DNA of 64,000 bases from an uncultured Alphaproteobacteria bacterium (GTDB lineage Bacteria > Pseudomonadota > Alphaproteobacteria > HIMB59): positions 3,920 to 67,919 of the forward strand of contig CAWUWX010000002.1 of assembly GCA_963926395.1 (NCBI GenBank), written 5' to 3'. Below, piece after piece: positions 50,552 through 59,165 of the stretch. The notes below the pieces were generated by a model. It made no database searches and was not told the DNA's origin. It worked only from the letters and a program-made list of their open reading frames with translations. The position numbers and the translations under genes were made by a program. The stretch's first letter is position 1, and each line of letters starts with the position of its first letter.

Positions 50552-51831
50552 GCAGGTTTTTTTACAAAAGTTTTTTTCGTTTTTGAAAAGGTTTTCTTTG
50601 TTTTACTTTTAAAAGTAAACTGTTTACTTCCCTGTCCTCCAGAAGCCTTAGGTGAACCAAACTTAGATCCTCCTCTAGATCCTTTTCTAGGCTTACCTTT
50701 GTAAGATTTAGAAGAACCAGGTCTTGACGATCCTCCAGATTGAGATTTATAACTTGGATTAATAAGTTTTTGAATAGCATCCCATTTTCCTCTATCGGCA
50801 TTTGTAAGGAAAGTTAAAGCAAAGCCTTTCGCTCCTGCTCGAGCGGTTCTTCCAATTCTATGAACATAATCTTCTGGACTTTGAGTTATATCATAATTAA
50901 TAACATGCTCTATATGAGGGATATCTAGACCTCTAGCTGCAACGTCTGTTGCCACTAAAATTCTAAATTTTAATTTTCGATAATTGAGGATAACTCTATC
51001 TCTTTTACTTTGCCTAAGGTCCCCGTGAATGGCATCTACACTATAGTCTTCACCTCTTAGTTTTTTAGCAAGCCTCTCAGCACCTCTTTTAGTTTTCACA
51101 AAAACAATAATAGATCCTGTTCTTTTCTCTAATTCTAAAACCAACTGATCGTATTTACTTGCTTCAGTGACTTGGAGGGTTTCTTGTTTAACATTTTCGA
51201 TTGGTTTATTATCTCCACCTACAGCAATTCTTGCCGGTTGGTGAAGAAATTTTTCAGCCAAAGACATTATATTTTTTGGAATAGTGGCTGAAAATAATAA
51301 TGTTTGGTGTTTAGGTAATTTTGAGAGAATCTTATTAATATCTTCACTGAACCCCATATCTAACATTCTGTCAGTTTCATCTAAAACTAAGAATGTTGTT
51401 GTCTCAAGTTTAAGGGTTTTTCTCTGAAGATGATCCATCGTTCTACCAGGAGTACCTACTACAATCCTCGCATTTCTTCTTAACTGCTGAAGCTGCTTAG
51501 GCATAGGGTCTCCTCCGATTAGCAATGCTGTCGGAATAGGGTTTGTTCTATCTAAAAGCTCTCGGATTGATTGAAGAACTTGCGCTGCTAACTCTCTAGT
51601 TGGTGTGAGTATTAAAGCATTATTTTTAGGATTTTTAATAAGATGGGTAATTAAAGGTATAGCAAAAGCTATGGTCTTGCCTGTACCAGTTTGAGCTGTG
51701 CCTAAAATATCTTGACCTTTTAATGCTAAAGGAATTGTCTGAGTTTGAATTGGGGTTGGTGAATCGAATTTTAATCTTTTTAAAGATATATTAATTGATT
51801 CCTCAAGTTTAAGTGCTGAAAATGTGTCCAT
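50548..51831 (-). CDS. DEAD/DEAH-box RNA helicase (DETD variant) with basic Gly/Lys tail
   Basis: AQTGTGKT, PTRELA, LDETDRMLDMGF, SAT, HRIGRTARAG. Confidence 0.95.
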   Translation of the reverse strand: MDTFSALKLEESINISLKRLKFDSPTPIQTQTIPLALKGQDILGTAQTGTGKTIAFAIPLITHLIKNPKNNALILTPTRELAAQVLQSIRELLDRTNPIPTALLIGGDPMPKQLQQLRRNARIVVGTPGRTMDHLQRKTLKLETTTFLVLDETDRMLDMGFSEDINKILSKLPKHQTLLFSATIPKNIMSLAEKFLHQPARIAVGGDNKPIENVKQETLQVTEASKYDQLVLELEKRTGSIIVFVKTKRGAERLAKKLRGEDYSVDAIHGDLRQSKRDRVILNYRKLKFRILVATDVAARGLDIPHIEHVINYDITQSPEDYVHRIGRTARAGAKGFALTFLTNADRGKWDAIQKLINPSYKSQSGGSSRPGSSKSYKGKPRKGSRGGSKFGSPKASGGQGSKQFTFKSKTKKTFSKTKKTFVKKPA

Positions 51832-51975
51832 GTTTTTATGCTAAAAAGAAACTTACTAATATATAAGGATTCTTAATAAGTTATTCGGCATACATCTATC
51901 ATATTCTTATGAAAAAACCTAAGAAGTAATTTTCAATTTTTAATCTAGTTTGAATATAAAATTTATGATTTATTA

Positions 51976-52683
51976 ATGAATATGAGTAATAATTTGGATT
52001 TAAGCACTTATCAAACCTCCCATACAGTTCAGAAGAACTCTGGAATGCTAATAATTGATGAAGTTAATGGTTTTTGTACTGTTGGTGCTGGTCATTTAGC
52101 GCCATTAAAAAAAAATCATCAAGTAGACAATATGGTTAAAGAAACTAATCATTTGGCAAAAATATTTCATGCCAAATCTCTACCTATTTCTATTTTTTTA
52201 GATACGCATGAAGATAATAGGCCAGAACACCCCTATCCACCACATTGCATTAAGGGATCTGGTGAGGAAAAGATAATTAACGAACTTGAATGGCTCATGG
52301 AGAGTAGTGCTCTAAAGATTAATAAAGATTGTATTAATGGATTTATAGGTGCAATTAACTTGAAGAATAATGAAAATGTTTTTATTAAGTGGATTAAAGA
52401 TTATGAAATTGAAAGCTTAATAGTTACAGGAATTTGTACAGATATTTGTGTATTAGATTTTGTATTGACTTGCATGTCAGCAATAAATCATCAAATAATC
52501 AATCCATTAAAAGAAGTGATTGTCTATAGTGAAGCTTGCGCTACTTATGATATGAATATCGAAGACATTAAAAGATTAAATTTAGATAAATCAATGGTTC
52601 ATCATCAGGAAACTTATCATAATTTAGGCTTGAAAATAATGCAGATGCGAGGAGCTAAAATAGCAAATCAAATTATTTTTTGA
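51976..52683 (+). CDS. Isochorismatase-family cysteine hydrolase, nicotinamidase-like
   Basis: D..NGFC, D.H, PPHC, GICTDICV catalytic motif. Confidence 0.85.
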   Translation: MNMSNNLDLSTYQTSHTVQKNSGMLIIDEVNGFCTVGAGHLAPLKKNHQVDNMVKETNHLAKIFHAKSLPISIFLDTHEDNRPEHPYPPHCIKGSGEEKIINELEWLMESSALKINKDCINGFIGAINLKNNENVFIKWIKDYEIESLIVTGICTDICVLDFVLTCMSAINHQIINPLKEVIVYSEACATYDMNIEDIKRLNLDKSMVHHQETYHNLGLKIMQMRGAKIANQIIF

Positions 52684-53098
52684 ACAATTTAGAATCTTGT
52701 AGATCGGCTAGGTGACTCGCCAATGCTTTAACTGAAAATTGGATTTCTATAATAAAGATTACAATAGCTAGAGAAAATATTAAAACTGCAAAACCAAAAA
52801 ATGTTAAAGCCCAGTCCATTAAGCTCATATAACCTAAAAAGATAGTCAACAAATTTGCTAAAAAACTTGTAGCTGATAGTGTTTGCATGGCTCGCACCAT
52901 TTGTAATCTAACCGTTAGAACTTTTAATTGGTCCATGTAAGTCTTCGCTAGAGGAAAACCTGAACTTTCAATAATAATAGAGTCGTGAATTTTCCTAATT
53001 AATGCTGCTAATGTACTGTAGCGATTTCCAAATGAAATCATCATTAAAGGAATAGCGGGAAATAGTAAAGCAGGGTACCAAAAGTTAACGTTATTCAT
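52673..53098 (-). CDS. DUF2721-like membrane protein
   Basis: PALLFPAI.L......NRY..LA.LIR..H, EIQ.S..AL..HL. Confidence 0.8.
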   Translation of the reverse strand: MNNVNFWYPALLFPAIPLMMISFGNRYSTLAALIRKIHDSIIIESSGFPLAKTYMDQLKVLTVRLQMVRAMQTLSATSFLANLLTIFLGYMSLMDWALTFFGFAVLIFSLAIVIFIIEIQFSVKALASHLADLQDSKLFKK

Positions 53099-53127
53099 TT
53101 AATTAAGGACAAATAAAAGAAAAATAC

Positions 53128-53199
53128 TTATTTATTATTTTTACTAATTAAGTTGAGCCAAAAATTAATATTTCTGTCTGTTTGTGTAAAATTATTCAT
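53128..53199 (-). CDS. 23-aa micro-ORF, paralog of the N-terminus of ORF 58989-59165
   Basis: MNNFTQTDRNINFWLNLISKNNK*; aligns without gaps to KNIYTFTERSMKFWLNLFT; TAGCAA-17 nt-TACTCT promoter-like element upstream. Confidence 0.55.
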   Translation of the reverse strand: MNNFTQTDRNINFWLNLISKNNK

Positions 53200-53433
53200 G
53201 ATCTTAAATTAGAGTAAATAAATAATTTTACTTTTGCTAAAATCACTTAACAGCTATGCCTTTAAAGCAAAGTATTTTCTTTATAATAAAAATGAATAAT
53301 TAGCATATCTAAGCTATGTCATTACAACAAAAGTCAAGGAAGTGCTGTGCAATAAATTGAAATCAGAGAATATTCATTATGTTATTTTAGCATAAGGAAA
53401 TTATAAAATATTTGTTATTTTCATTTTGTCAAA

Positions 53434-53497
53434 GGCGCTAGAACGTTACTTTAGAGTACTCCAAAATCTTTAATGTTATTCCTCCGTTTCTAGCGCC
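53434..53497 (+). ncRNA. Candidate structured RNA with anti-Shine-Dalgarno loop motifs
   Basis: Perfect 10-bp GC-rich stem GGCGCTAGAA/TTCTAGCGCC enclosing ACTCC and TTCCTCCG, in an otherwise very AT-rich 400-bp gap; strand uncertain. Confidence 0.45.
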
Positions 53498-53506
53498 AAG
53501 CATGCC

Positions 53507-54130
53507 TTATAAAATCAAAGGGTATATTTCTGTAAAAGAAACAAAACAAACTATTAAAAACATGAAGAAAATTATAAATAAATTAATAATTTTCCAAGCT
53601 AAAGCATTATTTAGATAAGGGCTAACTGACTTAGCACCATAACCTAGTATAAAAAAAAATATTAATGATGCTAATGAAGCTCCTAATCCAAAAATAATTT
53701 TTGATTGAATTTCCATAGATTTTGAAAAATTACCCAAGAAAAAAACAGTATCAGAGTAAACATGAGGATTTAAAAATGTAAAACCTATGGTTTTCAGAAT
53801 CGATTGTTTAATGGAGTCCTTAGAGAATTCATTGTTATTATTTTTGTACTCTCCAAAAGATTTAGATATTTTTTGATAAATAAAATGAAGTAAAAAAATA
53901 ACAAGAGAGATATTAAGAATTAGGATAACTATAGGGCTAGAAAGAAAAAGAAAATAATGAAAAATAAATATTCCTAAACCTATTAAAAGAGCATCAAATA
54001 ATGAGCATAATAGGCAAATTATAAATATATTATTTTTTTTTAAACCTTGCTCGATAACAAATATGTTTTGAGCTCCGATAGCTAAAATTAAACTGAGCCC
54101 TGTTATAAAACCAAGTAAAAGTATTTCCAT
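53507..54130 (-). CDS. argO: LysE/ArgO-type basic amino acid exporter
   Basis: LI.AIGAQN.FV..QG, D..LI..G, TFLNPHVY.DT. Confidence 0.88.
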   Translation of the reverse strand: MEILLLGFITGLSLILAIGAQNIFVIEQGLKKNNIFIICLLCSLFDALLIGLGIFIFHYFLFLSSPIVILILNISLVIFLLHFIYQKISKSFGEYKNNNNEFSKDSIKQSILKTIGFTFLNPHVYSDTVFFLGNFSKSMEIQSKIIFGLGASLASLIFFFILGYGAKSVSPYLNNALAWKIINLFIIFFMFLIVCFVSFTEIYPLIL

Positions 54131-54221
54131 AACTCTTAATATAATCCATTAATAAAAAATATTATCTATAATTATTAAAAAACTCTTTACTCCACTTGAT
54201 TGATTAGGTAAACATTTATTA

Positions 54222-54311
54222 ATGAGAATTTATTTAGGAATCGTTGTTTTTGCTATTATCTTTATTTATGTGGTAACTGATGGCTTTCATAAAGTTGCTC
54301 TTCCTATCTAA
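54222..54311 (+). CDS. 29-aa single-TM micro-protein (not in ORF track)
   Basis: MRIYLGIVVFAIIFIYVVTDGFHKVALPI*; fills the gap and ends 2 nt from the convergent stop at 54314. Confidence 0.45.
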   Translation: MRIYLGIVVFAIIFIYVVTDGFHKVALPI

Positions 54312-54313
54312 GC

Positions 54314-54919
54314 TTAAAGCTCCCCCATTCCACTATTACTAAATCTACACTCCCCTGTTTCAAAGTATTTAAATGCCCCCATATGAATTGGAATATTTTT
54401 TTTTATTATAAATGTTTTATGAGAAAATTCTTTGAAATCAGAATGTAAATATTTTAATTCTAAAGAATTTTTAAATATAGCTTCTGTAATCTCGCAAGTT
54501 TCCTGCTTTTCCACCTTGGAAGAAGTAACGAATGCCCAATTTGTATTAGGGCCTTTAAAAAAAACTAAAGAAGTTAAGGAACTCATATCATAATTTGAGC
54601 GCATCTTATTTAAATCTATTATAGCGTAATTGACTTTATTTAATTGAATAAATTCTAAATTTTTTTTCGTACCATTTGTCATGACAACATTACAATTAAG
54701 TGAATTGACACCGCCCATAAATTTACTGACTTCAAGCTCTCTTGAAAGCATTTTGCAAACTCCTTTAGCAAGAACATATTCGATTTCTAGAGGACTGCCA
54801 CTAGCTATACTTAATTCAATATCTTGTGTTAATGCAAAAAGATTAGTGACACATAAAGAAAGTGCTAAGATTAAAGATATAAAAAATTTACAAATAAAGT
54901 TAATTCCATGGTAAAACAT
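54314..54919 (-). CDS. Internally deleted TAXI-family TRAP solute-binding-like protein
   Basis: Signal peptide, ASGS....Y....G.C..L...C.V..T.GT..N (TAXI N-terminus) and VT...V......T.AIF.N...LH..F...PIH.GA.KYF (TAXI C-terminus) in only 201 aa. Confidence 0.65.
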   Translation of the reverse strand: MFYHGINFICKFFISLILALSLCVTNLFALTQDIELSIASGSPLEIEYVLAKGVCKMLSRELEVSKFMGGVNSLNCNVVMTNGTKKNLEFIQLNKVNYAIIDLNKMRSNYDMSSLTSLVFFKGPNTNWAFVTSSKVEKQETCEITEAIFKNSLELKYLHSDFKEFSHKTFIIKKNIPIHMGAFKYFETGECRFSNSGMGEL

Positions 54920-54964
54920 TCTTGTGTTATTTCTAACAGTAATTATAAATATTATCGAGTATAG

Positions 54965-55684
54965 ATGTCCAGTTTTCTTACAATAACCTTTATTGCCGGA
55001 TTTGCTTATTTTGTTGAAAGTATATTTGGCTTTGGGGGAACAATAATATTTTTAGGTATTTCTGGTTTTTTTATAGACTTCGATTTACTTCTAAAAATCG
55101 CTATGTTTCTTGGGCTTACTTCAGGATTTGCAATATTAATTCAGTCTTTTAAACATGTCTCCTTTAGAGATCTAAAGAGTATATTGTTGATGACTATACC
55201 GGGAGCTATAATCGGAACTTATCTCATAGACTATCTTCAAATCAATATTCTTCTAAATACTTTTGCTATCATTTTAATTTTATACGGATTATTAAATTTA
55301 ATTTATCCAGATTTAAATCCTCATAATTATATTAAAAATGGTTTTATTTATTTAGGAGGTCTCATTCAGGGTCTTTTTACAATAGGCGGCCCTTTTGTGT
55401 TAATGGGATACAAAGATAAATTTACCAATAAGCAACAATTAAGATCAACAATGGCTGCTTATTTTTTTATCATAAACTTGATAAGAGTAATCCAATATTC
55501 TCTCACTGGAAATAATATATCTTTTATTATCCATCAGTATTATTTAACAGGCGTAGTAATTATGTTATGTGTTTGGTCTGGTTATTTAATTCACACTAGA
55601 ATTCCTGAAAAAATATTTAAAAAAGCCATTATTGTTTGCATTACTATTATTGGTTTCTTAATATTGCTTAAAACAAACCTATGA
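54965..55684 (+). CDS. TauE/SafE family sulfite exporter
   Basis: GFGG, PG..IG, GG..G....GGP, R.T; about 8 TM helices. Confidence 0.85.
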   Translation: MSSFLTITFIAGFAYFVESIFGFGGTIIFLGISGFFIDFDLLLKIAMFLGLTSGFAILIQSFKHVSFRDLKSILLMTIPGAIIGTYLIDYLQINILLNTFAIILILYGLLNLIYPDLNPHNYIKNGFIYLGGLIQGLFTIGGPFVLMGYKDKFTNKQQLRSTMAAYFFIINLIRVIQYSLTGNNISFIIHQYYLTGVVIMLCVWSGYLIHTRIPEKIFKKAIIVCITIIGFLILLKTNL

Positions 55685-56391
55685 TAGATTGGAAGCAATA
55701 TGGGCCTGTTTATACAGTTGCCCCTGGAATTAAAAAATTAGGCACCCTTCCAATAATTGAATTTGATAGGGAAGAAAATAGATATTTAGTCCTTAAAAAA
55801 AAATCTTATGAAAATATATACTATGACAAACTCTATAATAATGAAATAGATAGTAAAATAATTAAAAAAATTAAAGAGATATTATTTCAAGAATATCCTA
55901 ATAAAAAATTTACTTTTCAAAATTTTAAAGAGATGGGCAATTCAATTCAAGAGGATGTAGCTATTTTTCATCGATCAAATAAACTGATAGCACTGCATGT
56001 TTCCTTTCCTTCAATGTGGATCCCTAAAGAAAAAATTGGCATGACCTTCTCAGATATCCACCAACATGTACCTGGCATGAATAAGTTTTTAGAAAATGAA
56101 AAAAAATATGTAGATATGATGGTTGATGCTAAACAACCTATTATTAGGTACGTTTGGGGTGAACACTTTGGTTATTTATTATCCTCTTTAGAGCCCATTA
56201 AAGAAGGAATGAAAGTTATTCATACAGAAAGACAAACTTTTATAGGTATGCCTGAGGATGACCTTGGTATTTTTTTAATTAAAAAAAAAGTTATGCTATT
56301 TAAGGATACTGATACCAAATTTCAACAATGGTATGAAAATCAAATTAATTCTATGTCAGAAGAACAAAAAAAATATAAAATAGGGCCTTAG
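55681..56391 (+). CDS. DUF3445 / heme-dependent oxidative N-demethylase alpha-subunit-like protein (short)
   Basis: QED.AI, L.A..VSFPS.W.P.EK.G.....IH..VPG, R..W, TERQT. Confidence 0.75.
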   Translation: MIDWKQYGPVYTVAPGIKKLGTLPIIEFDREENRYLVLKKKSYENIYYDKLYNNEIDSKIIKKIKEILFQEYPNKKFTFQNFKEMGNSIQEDVAIFHRSNKLIALHVSFPSMWIPKEKIGMTFSDIHQHVPGMNKFLENEKKYVDMMVDAKQPIIRYVWGEHFGYLLSSLEPIKEGMKVIHTERQTFIGMPEDDLGIFLIKKKVMLFKDTDTKFQQWYENQINSMSEEQKKYKIGP

Positions 56392-56395
56392 ATAA

Positions 56396-56584
56396 TTATT
56401 CTTTTTCTGCAGATGGATTAGGGGCAGTATCAGGATTAGTCAATCTTTCAAGTTCCTCTAATTCTTCAGCTTCTCTTTTTGCTTCTCTTTTTGCCTTTTT
56501 TTCAGCTAATTTCTCCAGACGTTTGCGTTCCTTTTCCATTGCCCTCTCGCCAGACTTGGATTTATGATCAAAGTGGAGTCCCAT
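56396..56584 (-). CDS. Small E/K/R-rich helical protein
   Basis: 62-aa ORF, highly charged, TATATT-6 nt-ATG context. Confidence 0.6.
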   Translation of the reverse strand: MGLHFDHKSKSGERAMEKERKRLEKLAEKKAKREAKREAEELEELERLTNPDTAPNPSAEKE

Positions 56585-56655
56585 AACAAAAATATATCAT
56601 AATTTTATTAAATGGTGAAATGAAACTATGAATGATAATGATTAATTCATATTAA

Positions 56656-57093
56656 ATGAAACTAAAGAAAACCCCTTTTACTATTTATCTGATTACGCAA
56701 TTTATATTATTTATTGGTTTTTTGCTTTTTCCACTATTTTCTGTAGATAATTTTTTTTTCTTTAGTCAGAATAAAAATATTATTAATATTTTAATGGCAT
56801 TACTAAAAAACAATGAGATGTTTTTGTTTTTTATTCTCTCTATTGGAACTGTCTTAATTCCCTTTTGTAAATTGATATTTTCAGTATTGGTTAATTTCGG
56901 TAAATCAAATAACCTGACAAGAAAACTACTTTATTTTTGTACAAAGTGGTCCATGCTAGACTTATTACTTATAGCTATTGCTGTTACAGTTTTTAAATTA
57001 TCTTATTTTACTGAAATGTCTGTTGAAATTGGAAGTTACTTTTTATGTGGATTCGTAATTCTTTCAATAATATTTGAAGAAACTAGTTATTAG
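56656..57093 (+). CDS. pqiA: Single-domain paraquat-inducible protein A-like membrane protein
   Basis: P..K, KWSMLD motif, about 4 TM helices. Confidence 0.75.
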   Translation: MKLKKTPFTIYLITQFILFIGFLLFPLFSVDNFFFFSQNKNIINILMALLKNNEMFLFFILSIGTVLIPFCKLIFSVLVNFGKSNNLTRKLLYFCTKWSMLDLLLIAIAVTVFKLSYFTEMSVEIGSYFLCGFVILSIIFEETSY

Positions 57094-58169
57094 TTAATTA
57101 TTTTTTGAGCAAGTTTTATCCAATTATCTTGGCATATTTTTTTCATTAGCTCTTGATTATATCCATGGGACTTCATCAGTGAACGTATTTTACTTAAATC
57201 TACAACATCTTTAATTTGATTAGGCATAAGAGCTCCATCAAAATCCGAACCAAAGCCAACTCTATTTTCCCCTAAACGCTCTATCAAATAGTCAAAATGT
57301 TTAATTATTAATTCTAGGTCTGTGTCAGCTAACATTTTACCATCGGACCTTAAGAATGCGGGAGCAAAATTTACTCCAACCATTCCGTCTGTATCTTTAA
57401 TAGCATCTAATTGTTTATCGGTAAGATTTCTTGAATGTGGACAAATGGTATGTGCATTACTATGTGTGGCAACTAATGGCGAAGATGATATTTTAGCAGT
57501 ATCCCAAAATCCTTTTTCATTGAGATGAGATAGGTCAATAATAATTCCCATTCTATTACAATGACGAATTAATTCCTTACCTAAATCGGTTAATCCTTCT
57601 CCTATATCTGGGGAGCTCGGGAATTTAAAGGGTACTCCATGACCGAATATTGTCGGTCTGCTCCATACAGGGCCGATTGATCTTAAGCCTAAATTAAACA
57701 ATAATTCTAAATTATTAAAATTCTTATCTATGCATTCAGCACCTTCTATATGCATAATGACTGCTATTTGATTATTAGAAATTGCGTCAGTTAAATCTTT
57801 TGATGATTTACAAATTTTAATTTTACCAATGGATTTCCTTTCTATCGAAGTCAATAGCGCAGCTTTTTCTAAAGCTATAGGTAGAGCAATATCAGTGGCA
57901 ATTTCTTTCGGAAGAGGTAATTCATAGCTATTATTTTTCATATCATCATAACGAATTGGAGTGTCAGCTGAAACAATGTTCTCTTCTTGACTGGGTATAT
58001 AAATCGCGAAAAAACCTCCGCTAAATCCCGCTTTAACTATTCTTGGTAAATCTAAATGACCTTCATTATCACCATTAATGAAATCTAACTCAGCGTTCTT
58101 TTTATTCTTTAAATAAAGTCTAAATAAAACATCATTATGACCATCAAATATTTTATGAATATTTTCCAT
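57090..58169 (-). CDS. Membrane-dipeptidase (peptidase M19) family
   Basis: DGHND, HIEGAE, IDLSH, ATHSN, SRNL.D, GSDFDG. Confidence 0.92.
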   Translation of the reverse strand: MENIHKIFDGHNDVLFRLYLKNKKNAELDFINGDNEGHLDLPRIVKAGFSGGFFAIYIPSQEENIVSADTPIRYDDMKNNSYELPLPKEIATDIALPIALEKAALLTSIERKSIGKIKICKSSKDLTDAISNNQIAVIMHIEGAECIDKNFNNLELLFNLGLRSIGPVWSRPTIFGHGVPFKFPSSPDIGEGLTDLGKELIRHCNRMGIIIDLSHLNEKGFWDTAKISSSPLVATHSNAHTICPHSRNLTDKQLDAIKDTDGMVGVNFAPAFLRSDGKMLADTDLELIIKHFDYLIERLGENRVGFGSDFDGALMPNQIKDVVDLSKIRSLMKSHGYNQELMKKICQDNWIKLAQKIIN

Positions 58170-58276
58170 GATTTATTGATTTTGCCGATTTATTATTAAT
58201 ATCCAACCTCATAATTGTTTTATATATAACTGAATAGAGTTGTAAAAAAAGCAATATTGGGTAAATCTAATAATTA

Positions 58277-58885
58277 ATGGAACCCTCTTCATTACTATCC
58301 ATTGCACTAGCAGCTTTTGTATTTGGCATAAGTCCTGGTCCAGGCACATTAGCCGCTCTTTCCGTCTCTACTACATATGGATTTAGATCGGGCTTAATAT
58401 TAAGTGCTGGGGAATGCTTTGGGGATGTAATGTATTTATCCATAGCAATTCTCTCATTGGGGTATTTAGCAGAATATTTAGAACCTGTGATGCAACTAGT
58501 AAGATGGTTTGGGGCTGGTTATTTAGTTTACCTCGGAATATCTCAGTTTAAATTAAAATCTATGACTATTGAGTCCGCCAATCTAAAAAAAAATGTTTTA
58601 AAGCAATTCTTTTTAGGTTTCTTGATTGGAGGTACTAACCCTAAAGTAATTGTATTCTATCTTTCTTTTATCCCTTTATTTGTAGATCTTAAATCGCTTA
58701 ATATCCTAAGTGGTCTTGAGTTAGTGGTGACTATTTATTTTAGTGTTTTTTTTAGCTTGGTTGTTGTTTGTTTGGCGGGAAAAAAAATTAAAAGCTTTAT
58801 TGTTAATCCTGTTTATTCAAAAAGACTGAATAGAATTACTGGTTCCATTATGATTAGTGTGGGAGCAATTCTAGCTTTTACTTAA
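58277..58885 (+). CDS. LysE/RhtB family exporter
   Basis: SPGP, G..YL.YLG, GF.....NPK..VFY. Confidence 0.9.
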   Translation: MEPSSLLSIALAAFVFGISPGPGTLAALSVSTTYGFRSGLILSAGECFGDVMYLSIAILSLGYLAEYLEPVMQLVRWFGAGYLVYLGISQFKLKSMTIESANLKKNVLKQFFLGFLIGGTNPKVIVFYLSFIPLFVDLKSLNILSGLELVVTIYFSVFFSLVVVCLAGKKIKSFIVNPVYSKRLNRITGSIMISVGAILAFT

Positions 58886-58988
58886 TGAATAAAACTTAAC
58901 GGTCTCTTAAAGAGACATCAGTCATCTCAAAATAGCAAAAGTCATTTAAATATTTTTTTTATATATTCAGTTCAAAGAAAGGTAATAC

Positions 58989-59165
58989 ATGAAAAATATT
59001 TACACATTCACAGAAAGATCAATGAAATTTTGGTTAAATTTATTTACACCAAAACACGAAGGTATAATTAACTTTTGTAAAGTTGAATACGGCAATGACT
59101 GGCAGTGGGCTTACTCTCACTTTCAAAAAAATAAAACACTTCCAAAATTTAAGGAGGCAGCATAA
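58989..59165 (+). CDS. 58-aa conserved-looking small protein (not in ORF track)
   Basis: MKNIYTFTERSMKFWLNLFTPKHEGIINFCKVEYGNDWQWAYSHFQKNKTLPKFKEAA*; SD-like AAAGGT upstream. Confidence 0.75.
   Translation: MKNIYTFTERSMKFWLNLFTPKHEGIINFCKVEYGNDWQWAYSHFQKNKTLPKFKEAA

Noticed and set aside
50562-50801. Alternate-frame ORF over the helicase C-terminus (possible frameshift product)
   Set aside because: The main frame gives a typical basic Gly/Lys RNA-binding tail; no convincing frameshift signal
53256-53360. Two 14-15 aa + strand micro-ORFs starting in the GCTATG repeats
   Set aside because: No SD and little similarity beyond the repeat; better explained as DNA operator repeats
53434-53497. 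Hairpin as a tRNA, relocated 6S RNA or known riboswitch
   Set aside because: No cloverleaf or T-loop, too short for 6S, and no glycine, SAM, TPP or cobalamin consensus recognisable
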